DNA of 61,004 bases from Macrostomum lignano (taxonomy: Eukaryota): assembly GCA_002269645.1 (NCBI GenBank), contig NIVC01004087.1, forward strand, positions 1-61,004, given 5' to 3'. The notes beneath the pieces were generated by a model that was not told the origin of the DNA, searched no databases, and was given only the letters and a program-made list of their open reading frames with translations. The position numbers were made by a program, and so were the translations under genes. Of the stretch, positions 31,807 through 42,415 are shown one piece after another; position 1 is the stretch's first letter; each line of letters starts with the position of its first letter.

Positions 31807-34800
31807 ATGTACACGCAGTACAAGTGAGTTCTGGCGAGTGTCCAAGCTTACCAGTAGATCTCTATGAATGAAAATCAGTGTTGAGGTTTGACTAAGTAAC
31901 ACTGCTCTAAGATCTGTAGTTTGTTTAATTGTATGTACTTTTTATAATACAAACACGTGTGCTCTGCATATAGCTGTTTCGTTTGGCATTTAATTTCATT
32001 TTTTTTCTGCTGGCCTTTTTAGTACTAACCAAAACTTGTAACAGTAGTATTCATAACAGCAATAATATAATGTAGCCATTGCGTTTGTGCTTGCTTCTAA
32101 CCTAAAAATGAATTAATGATGATAGCTCGCTCAGCATGACGCTTGATTGATTAATTGAGACTTACAAAAGTACATACTCTCATTTCTTGCTTCCCGATTC
32201 TCCTTCTATTCCATCAAGAGAGCGCATGATGCCCGGTGGATGCGGAGACGGCGTTGACCCATCGGTGGTGTCCTACCTGGAGGAGGGCTACAAGAAGCTG
32301 CAGTCCGACCCCAAGTGCAAGTCCCTGCTAAAGCGTCACCTGACCAAGGATGTGCTTGAGAAGCTCAAGAACAAGAAAACGTCGTTTGGTTCGACTCTAA
32401 AGGATGTGGTGCAGTCTGGTGAGTTTTTTGAGATCAAAATTTTCATTTGTTTTTGTCTGATCTTTGTTTAAATGTAGTTAACCGATTTTTTTTCCAGGCG
32501 TGGAGAACCTGGACTCAGGCGTCGGCGTGTACGCCCCGGACGCGGAGGCGTACTCGGTGTTCGCCGACCTGTTCGACCCGATCATCGAGGAGTACCACGG
32601 CGGCTTCAAGCGCACCGACCGGCACCCGCCGTGCACGCTGGGAGACGCCAGCGAGTTCGGAGACGTGGACCCGGAGGGAAAGTACGTGGTATCCACCAGG
32701 ATCCGGTGCGGCAGGTCGCTGAGAAAGTTCCCGTTCAACCCGAACATGACGGAGGGGCACTACAAGGAGATGGAGGATCTGGTGTCGGGCACTCTGAAGG
32801 GCATGACGGGAGAGCTGAAGGGCACGTTCTACCCGCTGACCGGGATGACGAAGGAGGTGCAGCAGCAGCTGATTGACGACCACTTCCTGTTCAAGGAGGG
32901 CGACCGGTTCCTGCAGAAGGCGAACGCGTGCCGCTACTGGCCGACGGGCAGGGGCATCTTCCACAACGACAGCAAGACGTTCCTGGTGTGGGTGGGAGAG
33001 GAGGACCACATGCGGATCATCTCGATGCAGAAGGGCGGCAGCATCAGGGAGGTGTACGGCAGGCTGGTGAAGGCGGTGAACGAGATCGAGAAGCGGATGG
33101 AGTTCAGCCACGATGACCGGCTGGGCTTCCTGACGTTCTGTCCGACGAACCTGGGCACCACGATCCGCGCCTCGGTGCACATCAAGCTGCCGCGGCTGTC
33201 GGCGGGAGGCCAGGAGGCCCTGCAGCGGGTGGCCGACCGGTTCCAGCTGCAGGTGCGCGGGTCCGCAGGCGAGCACTCGGAGGCGGTGGGAGGCCTGTAC
33301 GACATCTCGAACAAGGAGCGCATGGGCCTGACGGAGTTCGAGGCCGTCGGCAAGATGTACCGCGGCATCGGCGAGCTCATCAAGATGGAGAAGGCGCTGG
33401 AGCGGGGCGTCGACCCGGAGGTGGTGAAGTACGTTGAGGACGGGTTCGCCAAGCTGCAGGCCAGCGACTCGTGCCACTCGCTGCTGAAGAAGCACCTCAC
33501 CAAGGAGGTGGTGGACCGGCTGAAGAACCTCAGCACGCCGTCCTTCGGCTCCACGCTCAAGGATGTCATTCAGTCAGGTGATATTTTACTCTGAATTGGA
33601 ATTCATATAGTAATTTTTTTTGTTATTTACCTATGGCAATATGGGATGAGCACAGTAAGAAGTTTGTTGGCATTAACGTAGGAAATGAAAGTTAGCTGAA
33701 ATTTTCATCATAAGGAAATGTGCCTCTCCATTGCCAATCAAATCTAACCTAAGATTGGACACCAAGAGCTTACAATTACACTTTTCGTAAATTAGGATTC
33801 TATATAATAATTGCTTCAACGCTTCTTAATCCGAGGTAGTTGTAGTCTAGTGGGTAGAGCATCGGACTCACGACGAAGGTCCGGTGGTTCGATTCTCGAC
33901 CCACTGGGAACAATTTGTGTGCTTGAGCAAGACACTTAACTCTACATTGCTTCAGTTCACCCTGCTGTAAAATTGGTGCCAGCATGTGAGAGTCGCCCCT
34001 GAAAGTCGCCATACCCCAGTGAGTCGCCCGTTAGAGTCGCCCCACGTCCCCAGTGAGAGTCGCCCCACGTCCCCAGTGATTGTCGTCCCACATCCCCAGT
34101 GAGAGTCGTCCCACATTCCCAGTGATTGTCGTCCCACATCCCCAGTGAGTATCGTCCCACATCCCCAGTGATTGTCGTCCCACATCCCCAGTGAGAGTCG
34201 CCCCACATCCCCAGTGATTGTCGTCCCACATCCCCAGTGAGAGTCGTCCCACATCCCCAGTGATTGTCGTCCCACATCCCCAGTGAGAGTCGCCCCACAT
34301 CCCCAGTGATTGTCGTCCCACATCCCCAGTGAGAGTCGCCCCACATCCCCAGTGATTGTCGTCCCACATCCCCAGTGATTGTCGTCCCAAATCCCCAGTG
34401 AGAGTCGTCCCACATTCCCAGTGAGAGTCGCCTCACATTCCCAGTGAGAGTCGTCCCACATTCCCAGTGAGAGTCGCCCCACATCGTCAGTGAGTGTCGC
34501 CCCACATCCCCAGTGAGAGTCGCCCCACATCCCCAGTGAGAGTCGTCCCACATCCCCAGTGAGAGTCGCCCCACATCCCCAGTGAGAGTCGTCCCACATC
34601 CCCAGTGAGAGTCGCCCCACATCCCCAGTGAGAGTCGCCCCACATTCCCAGTGAGAGTCGCCCCACATTCCCAGTGAGAGTCGCCCCACATCCCCAGTGA
34701 GAGTCGCCCCACATCCCCAGTGAGAGTCGTCCCACATCCCCAGTGAGAGTCGCCCCACATCCCCAGTGAGAGTCGCCCCACATTCCCAGTGAGAGTCGTC

Positions 34801-37800
34801 CCACATTCCCAGTGAGAGTCGTCCCACATCCCCAGTGAGAGTCGCCCCACATTCCCAGTGAGAGTCGAGTCGCCCCACATCCCCAGTGAGAGTCGCCCAA
34901 GATCCCGCACTCCCAATGTAGATAAAGCTCTTTAATAGATTGATTCTCTTGAACATAAAGTGATATGCTTCAGATGCGGAAACAGTTGGAAGTCACTCGG
35001 AGCCATATCTGGTAAATAGGCAGGGTTAGGCAGCTCTTGGAATCCTGCAACTTTCACAGCAGCAGCCTTCGCGATCCTGCTGGAGTGAGCTGGTGCATTG
35101 TCGTGCAGCAGCGCCACACCGCGGGTCAGCATTCCTCGCCGATTTTCCTTGACTGCCTGGCGCAGACGAGCGATCAAGTCAGCTTAGTAGACCCCTGCGA
35201 CTGTCTGCTTGTGCAGTAGAAAGTCCAGCAGCAACGGACCCTTTGAATCGTAGAAGACTGTCAGCATTATCTTGCCAGCAACGCTTGCAGTCCTCGCCTT
35301 CAGAGGTGCTGGTGATCCAACTGGCAGCCACTGCTTGGATTCTGGATCGTGGTGGTCTGGATCCACGACGTCTCATGCCGCGAGCTCCCTGACTTTGATG
35401 CGGCGAATGTTTTCAGCCGTGACAGCCGCGTCCACATCGCAGATCGTCTTCGAGCGATGTACGACTGCGTTTGAACTGGGCTGCCCAGCGTTTGATGCTG
35501 GGGTATGAGGGGGCAGCCCAGCATACACATCAGCCATGTGACTGTGAATTTCTGCAGGCTTTGAGCCCTCATGCCTGATGTAGACTTTTGGAACAGTTAT
35601 GTGCTGGAGTTTTGGAGCTTTTATGTTTAGGGATTTTCGTCAGGCTCAGATGAAACTTTCGTTGTGCCCCTCGTAGTTCTCTCCTTCTCTAGTATTTTTA
35701 ATTGTCAATGAAACTAGGTGTTTACAGGCCTCTGATTCTAAGGCTTCGTCAATCTTCACTGAGCCTTCAAACTCAATCAATGATTCATAGCATTTTTCTC
35801 AGCTGCTATTCACTTCCTTTATCCCCTTCCTCTTCCCAGGCGTGGAGAACCTGGACTCGGGCGTCGGCGTGTACGCCCCGGACGCGGAGGCGTACTCGGT
35901 GTTCGCCGACCTGTTCGACCCGATCATCGAGGAGTACCACGGCGGCTTCAAGCGCACCGACCGGCACCCGCCGTGCACGCTGGGAGACGCCAGCGAGTTC
36001 GGAGACGTGGACCCGGAGGGAAAGTACGTGGTGTCCACCAGGATCCGGTGCGGCAGGTCGCTGAGAAAGTTCCCGTTCAACCCGAACATGACGGAGGGGC
36101 ACTACAAGGAGATGGAGGATCTGGTGTCGGGCACTCTGAAGGGCATGACGGGAGAGCTGAAGGGCACGTTCTACCCGCTGACCGGGATGACGAAGGAGGT
36201 GCAGCAGCAGCTGATTGACGACCACTTCCTGTTCAAGGAGGGCGACCGGTTCCTGCAGAAGGCGAACGCGTGCCGCTACTGGCCGACGGGCAGGGGCATC
36301 TTCCACAACGACAGCAAGACGTTCCTGGTGTGGGTGGGAGAGGAGGACCACATGCGGATCATCTCGATGCAGAAGGGCGGCAGCATCAGGGAGGTGTACG
36401 GCAGGCTGGTGAAGGCGGTGAACGAGATCGAGAAGCGGATGGAGTTCAGCCACGATGACCGGCTGGGCTTCCTGACGTTCTGTCCGACGAACCTGGGCAC
36501 CACGATCCGCGCCTCGGTGCACATCAAGCTGCCGCGGCTGTCGGCGGGAGGCCAGGAGGCCCTGCAGCGGGTGGCCGACCGGTTCCAGCTGCAGGTGCGC
36601 GGGTCCGCAGGCGAGCACTCGGAGGCGGTGGGAGGCCTGTACGACATCTCGAACAAGGAGCGCATGGGCCTGACGGAGTTCGAGGCCGTCGGCAAGATGT
36701 ACCGCGGCATCGCCGAGCTTATCAAGATGGAGAAGGCGCTGGAGCGCGGCGTCGACCCGGAGGTGGTGAAGTACGTTGAGGACGGGTTCGCCAAGCTGCA
36801 GGCCAGCGACTCGTGCCACTCGCTGCTGAAGAAGCACCTCACCAAGGAGGTGGTGGACAGGCTGAAGAACCTCAGCACGCCGTCCTTCGGCTCCACGCTC
36901 AAGGACGTCATTCAGTCAGGTGAGTGGCGCACCTTTCTAGATATCGGCTTCAAGGATGAGTTTGAAACTCGAGCCCTAGCATTATTTTGAGCCTATTCGT
37001 GATTAGGGCTCATAACTTGGGTTTTTCACTCTGTCCAGCTCTGCACGCAATAGGTCGCTGCACCTGTTCGGCCCCTAATCACTAGCTGGCTGGCTTTTGT
37101 GCATAAAAGCCAATGCGTCTCGCTAATTGGCGCCTATTGCACTCGCTCGGCTGGGCGGAACAGCTCGAGATTTTGACTTCGATTTGCGCCGGCACTGTTT
37201 TCCTGTCTGTCTGTGCGAGTGCAGTTAGCCTACCTGTTGTATCTTGTCTAATTGTAGCGTTTCTACCTGTGGGCTAGGTGTATGCAGATTGTGCATTTCT
37301 GCGTCACGTGACACTAGCCCTGCATTTTTGCTATTATCTGCGGAAGAATAGAAATGCTTTTAAGTATAGCTCTGGAATCAGTTTTCATTTTGCATCAAAA
37401 GTTGCAATATGTGTGTTATACCTGTCCTGATGATGTGTCGCCTCATACAGTTTGTCTCACCTGATGTGTCTCCTCACATGTCTCACCTGATGTGTCTCCT
37501 CACATGTCTCACCTGATGTCTCATATGCCTCACCTGATGTGTCTCATATGCCTCACCTGATGTGTCTAATATGCCTCACTTGATGTGTCTCCTCACATGT
37601 CTCACCTGATGTGTCTCATATGCCTCACCTGATGTGTCTAATATGCCTCACTTGATGTGTCTCCTCATATGCCACACCTGATGTGTCTCCTCATATGCCA
37701 CACCTGATGTGTCTCCTCATATGCCACACCTGATGTGTCTCCTCATATGCTACACCTGATGTGTCTCCTCATATGCCACACCTGATGTGTCTCCTCATAT

Positions 37801-40800
37801 GCCACACCTGATGTGTCTCCTTATATGCCACACCTGATGTGTCTCCTCATATGCCACACCTGATGTGTCTCCTTATATGCCACACCTGATGTGTCTCCTC
37901 ATATGCTACACCTGATGTGTCTCCTCATATGCCACACCTGATGTGTCTCCTCATATGCCACACCTGATGTGTCTCCTCATATGCCACACCTGATGTGTCT
38001 CCTTATATGCCACACCTGATGTGTCTCCTTAGATGCCACACCTGATATGTCTCCTTAGATGCCACACCTGATGTGTCTCCTTATATGCTACACTTACCTG
38101 ATATTTCTAAATATCCCACTGACCTGAAATCCCTGCTGAGATCTCGTACCAGATTCCTCCGCGTGCGTACCCACTCGTGTATTTTCATCATAAATCTCGG
38201 TTAGCATCCCAGCCTGACTCAGCTTATGCTTGTATTCTACCAGAGCCTCTGCAGCAGAGCAAATAAAAAAGGATATTTTGCCACTCATCGCTACTGAGCC
38301 TCATTCCTCCAGATATTTTTGCATATTTTGAAAAAATAAGCTGCTTGCCTTTGCATCTTTGCTCAGCTAAATTGCTTTTATGGCGGGGATGACAAAGCCT
38401 GAACTGCTGCCCCAATGCAACTGTGGATAGCGTGACTCGCCCCCACCCCTATGCGCCATCGAGACCGGCTGCTTTCATAGCCAATTCCCTCGGAATTAGC
38501 ATATTCGCTAAACACAGGATTCTCAATCAATTGAAATTGCTCCAACTCTTCTGCGAGATAATTTTACAAGAAATATTAATTTACCCTTCTCCAGAATTCC
38601 GTGACTAATCTACAGTTCACTTCCTTTATCCCCTCCCCCTTCCCAGGCGTGGAGAACCTGGACTCGGGCGTCGGCGTGTACGCCCCGGACGCGGAGGCGT
38701 ACTCGGTGTTCGCGGACCTGTTCGACCCGATCATCGAGGAGTACCACGGCGGCTTCAAGCGCACCGACCGGCACCCTCCGTGCACGCTGGGAGACGCCAG
38801 CGAGTTCGGAGACGTGGACCCGGAGGGAAAGTACGTGGTGTCCACCAGGATCCGGTGCGGCAGGTCGCTGAGAAAGTTCCCGTTCAACCCGAACATGACG
38901 GAGGGGCACTACAAGGAGATGGAGGATCTGGTGTCGGGCACTCTGAAGGGCATGACGGGAGAGCTGAAGGGCACGTTCTACCCGCTGACCGGGATGACGA
39001 AGGAGGTGCAGCAGCAGCTGATTGACGACCACTTCCTGTTCAAGGAGGGCGACCGGTTCCTGCAGAAGGCGAACGCGTGCCGCTACTGGCCGACGGGCAG
39101 GGGCATCTTCCACAACGACAGCAAGACGTTCCTGGTGTGGGTGGGAGAGGAGGACCACATGCGGATCATCTCGATGCAGAAGGGCGGCAGCATCAGGGAG
39201 GTGTACGGCAGGCTGGTGAAGGCGGTGAACGAGATCGAGAAGCGGATGGAGTTCAGCCACGATGACCGGCTGGGCTTCCTGACGTTCTGCCCGACGAACC
39301 TGGGCACCACGATCCGCGCCTCGGTGCACATCAAGCTGCCGCGGCTGTCGGCGGGAGGCCAGGAGGCCCTGCAGCGGGTGGCCGACCGGTTCCAGCTGCA
39401 GGTGCGCGGGTCCGCAGGCGAGCACTCGGAGGCCGTGGGAGGCCTGTACGACATCTCGAACAAGGAGCGCATGGGCCTGACGGAGTTCGAGGCTGTCGGC
39501 AAGATGTACCGCGGCATCGGCGAGCTTATCAAAATGGAGAAGGCGCTGGAGCGGGGCGTCGACCCGGAGGTGGTGAAGTACGTTGAGGACGGGTTCGCCA
39601 AGCTGCAGGCCAGCGACTCGTGCCACTCGCTGCTGAAGAAGCACCTCACCAAGGAAGTGGTGGACAGGCTGAAGAACCTCAGCACGCCGTCCTTCGGCTC
39701 CACGCTCAAGGACGTCATCCAGTCAGGTGAGTGGGCGCATTATCTACCTGAAACTACATGGCATTTAGTCTTGAACTAATTATTAATTTCCTGCATTCTG
39801 CTGGCTGTGCCATCCTAACTGCCGCCCTCCGCCGCAATTGTCCAGCACCCGGGGCTCTCGAGTTACAGTCGAGCAGCCCCTCCCCCTGCGGTGCCTACTC
39901 AAGCCGTTCCAACGACGTAGCTAATAGTGTGTGATGACGCCATTGAGTTTTAGTTTGCTCTGCCCTCTTATCACTTGGCATTCTGTCTGGCAGTTCATTC
40001 CCCTGGGACTCTCCGTTGTTAAGCGGGGTTTTTTTACCTTCTATATATTTAACCTAGCACCTGGCTTTTCTTGGATTTCTGTTTATTGCCTTGCCTCACA
40101 GTCTCAGCCACTAAAGTGTGCTTCGAAGCTGTAGTGCAGTGTGGTAGGATGCTATTTAGCATAATAGAATAATTTTGCTTTGCCAACCTCTCTGCTTCAA
40201 AGCTTTAGACTTGAAGAGAATTGAAATGCCTGCCTGCACCCGCTCAGGCTATAGGCTGGATTGGGTAAGCGATTCAGTGAGCAGCAGGCCCTCCTGCAGT
40301 GTCGTTGCCTGTTATTTTCCGGTCTCTCTCTCCCTATCGCACTGCTGTACTCTCTGTCCCGCCTGTCTCTCTAGACTCTCCGCCCTTGTTACCATGGCAA
40401 CCATTTCTATCAGCAGGGAGACTCTGTCTTTGCCGACTGAGAAATATTCTAGGGCCAGTGGGCCAGTACCCATGCAGGTGTGTCTCATAGACGCCCTGTT
40501 TCACAAAATATTAAACTATAAACACTAACAATATTGAGTGTCTGAAAATGCTTTACTTGCATTTTAATTTACTTTGTACAGTATACGGCATTTCGATTAA
40601 TGCAGAAATGCTCTTAGTTAAATAAAAAATATGTGACTATAGCTCAAATATGATAGTGCTTATCCTATCGAATTCTCTAGTTGAAAATTTATTTACAAAT
40701 ATAGAATGTATCACTGAAAAATCATACTACTGACAGTCTTTCACTAGTAATAACTTCCTGATTGTTAGAGATCAATTAATTAAAGGGGTACTGGCAATAT

Positions 40801-42415
40801 TAGTCTTCATGCATGGGGGCATCGCAAAACCGAAATATCACAACCCCGAAATATCACAAACCCGAAATATCATAACTCCAAAAGTTGTATTTTGGCTTTG
40901 GGATTTACGAATATGATATTTCGGGTTGTGATATTTTGGGTTGTGATATTTCGGGTTGTGATATTTCGGGGTTGTGATATTTCGGGTTGTGATATTTCGG
41001 GTTGTGATATTTCGGGTTTGTGATATTTCGGGTTGTGATATTTCGGGTTGTGATATTTCGGGTTGTGATATTTTGGGTTGTGATATTTCGGGTTTGTGAT
41101 ATTTTTGGTTGTGATATTTCGGGTTGTGATATTTCGGGTTGTGATATTTCGGGTTGTGATATTTCGGGTTGTGATATTTCGGGTTTGTGATATTTCGGGT
41201 TGTGATATTTCGGGTTGTGATATTTCGGGTTGTGATATTTCGGGTTTGTGATATTTTGGGTTGTGATATTTCGGGTTGTGATATTTCGGGTTTGTGATAT
41301 TTCGGGTTGTGATATTTCGGGTTGTGATATTTCGGGTTGTTATATTTCGGGTTGTGATATTTCGGGTTTGTGATGGTGACCCCATTTAAGAGAAACAGAC
41401 GTAAACGTTTCCATTGAATAATCTGTCTGCACGACTGTCTGTCTGTGTGTCTGTCTGTCTGTCACGTCTGTTACAATTAACAATTCCACAAAATACCCCA
41501 GGCGTTGAGAACCTGGACTCGGGCGTCGGCGTGTACGCCCCGGACGCGGAGGCGTACTCGGTGTTCGCCGACCTGTTCGACCCGATCATCGAGGAGTACC
41601 ACGGCGGCTTCAAGCGCACCGACCGGCACCCTCCGTGCACGCTGGGAGACGCCAGCGAGTTCGGAGACGTGGACCCGGAGGGAAAGTACGTGGTGTCCAC
41701 CAGGATCCGGTGCGGCAGGTCGCTGAGAAAGTTCCCGTTCAACCCGAACATGACGGAGGGGCACTACAAGGAGATGGAGGATCTGGTGTCGGGCACTCTG
41801 AAGGGCATGACGGGAGAGCTGAAGGGCACGTTCTACCCGCTGACCGGGATGACGAAGGAGGTGCAGCAGCAGCTGATTGACGACCACTTCCTGTTCAAGG
41901 AGGGCGACCGGTTCCTGCAGAAGGCGAACGCGTGCCGCTACTGGCCGACGGGCAGGGGCATCTTCCACAACGACAGCAAGACGTTCCTGGTGTGGGTGGG
42001 AGAGGAGGACCACATGCGGATCATCTCGATGCAGAAGGGCGGCAGCATCAGGGAGGTGTACGGCAGGCTGGTGAAGGCGGTGAACGAGATCGAGAAGCGG
42101 ATGGAGTTCAGCCACGATGACCGGCTGGGCTTCCTGACGTTCTGCCCGACGAACCTGGGCACCACGATCCGCGCCTCGGTGCACATCAAGCTGCCGCGGC
42201 TGTCGGCGGGAGGCCAGGAGGCCCTGCAGCGGGTGGCCGACCGGTTCCAGCTGCAGGTGCGCGGGTCCGCAGGCGAGCACTCGGAGGCCGTTGGAGGCCT
42301 GTACGACATCTCGAACAAGGAGCGCATGGGCCTGACGGAGTTCGAGGCCGTCGGCAAGATGTACCGCGGCATCGGCGAGCTCATCAAGATGGAGAAAGAA
42401 CTCGAGGCGAAGTGA
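31807..42415 (+). CDS. AK: Four-domain arginine kinase (ATP:guanidino phosphotransferase), ~1456 aa, 6 coding exons
   Basis: Exons 31807-31823, 32219-32418, 32498-33577, 35840-36919, 38647-39726 and 41502-42415 all have GT..AG boundaries with compatible phases (2,1,1,1,1). They total 4371 nt = 1456 aa + TGA. Each domain carries the phosphagen-kinase motifs [44 protein letters not shown] and RGSAGEHSE. The guanidino-specificity region has the same length as in arthropod/molluscan AK, and the AK determinants D62, Y68, Y89, R193, E225, C271, E314 and H315 (Limulus numbering) are present. Confidence 0.93.
32219..32418 (+). CDS. AK: AK exon 2: N-terminal helical part of domain 1
   Basis: Pyrimidine-rich acceptor ...ccatcaag|A and donor G|gtgagt. 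Encodes [43 protein letters not shown]...[10 protein letters not shown]. Confidence 0.92.
32498..33577 (+). CDS. AK: AK exon 3 (1080 nt): C-terminal part of domain 1 + N-terminal part of domain 2
   Basis: ttttccag|GC ... G|gtgata, phase 1-1, open over 360 codons (ORF 32500..33594). Confidence 0.95.
33835..33985 (+). mobile_element. tRNA-derived SINE with CORE/V-like body (AK intron 3)
   Basis: A-box TAGTCTAGTGG and B-box GGTTCGATTCT, followed by CTTGAGCAAGACACTTAAC, which resembles the conserved central domain of CORE/V-type SINEs. Confidence 0.7.
33987..34898. repeat. 23-bp minisatellite (CCCCAGTGAGAGTCGCCCCACAT), AK intron 3
   Basis: Seen directly. Confidence 0.95.
34950..35675 (-). mobile_element. 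Second, degenerate mariner (AK intron 3)
   Basis: Frameshifted motifs [33 protein letters not shown] and [18 protein letters not shown]. One mariner-type end (TA-CGAGGGGCAC) is at 35675; the other end was not found. Confidence 0.85.
35840..36919 (+). CDS. AK: AK exon 4 (1080 nt): C-terminal part of domain 2 + N-terminal part of domain 3
   Basis: cttcccag|GC ... G|gtgagt, phase 1-1. About 7 nt differ from exon 3 by manual comparison. Confidence 0.95.
37455..38095. repeat. 26-bp minisatellite (CACACCTGATGTGTCTCCTCATATGC), AK intron 4
   Basis: Period of 26 bp (37681, 37707). Confidence 0.93.
38098..38248 (-). CDS. Candidate antisense exon nested in AK intron 4
   Basis: Acceptor ccttttttatttgctctgctgcag and consensus donor CAG|GTAAGT. 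Only one of three frames is open ([49 protein letters not shown]). Confidence 0.35.
38647..39726 (+). CDS. AK: AK exon 5 (1080 nt): C-terminal part of domain 3 + N-terminal part of domain 4
   Basis: cttcccag|GC ... G|gtgagt, phase 1-1. The protein sequence is identical to that of exon 3. Confidence 0.95.
40388..40401. promoter_or_regulatory. RFX X-box (GTTACCATGGCAAC) in AK intron 5
   Basis: A 14-bp match to the established RFX consensus GTNRCC-AT-GGYAAC. A further half site GTTGCC lies near 40304. Function is not shown. Confidence 0.5.
40816..41383. mobile_element. Foldback-like element with asymmetric inverted 15-16-bp repeat arms (AK intron 5)
   Basis: Three to four CCGAAATATCACAA units on the left face about 30 TTGTGATATTTCGGG units on the right. 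The ends are GGGG.. / ..CCCC. No TSD was recognised. Confidence 0.5.
41502..42415 (+). CDS. AK: AK exon 6 (terminal): C-terminal part of domain 4, ends KELEAK*
   Basis: acccccag|GC acceptor (phase 1) and TGA at 42413-42415. Confidence 0.95.

Noticed and set aside
40393-40476. Alternative first exon for a single-domain AK at the X-box (ATG...CAG|gtgtgt)
   Set aside because: The donor is phase 0, whereas exon 6 needs phase 1.
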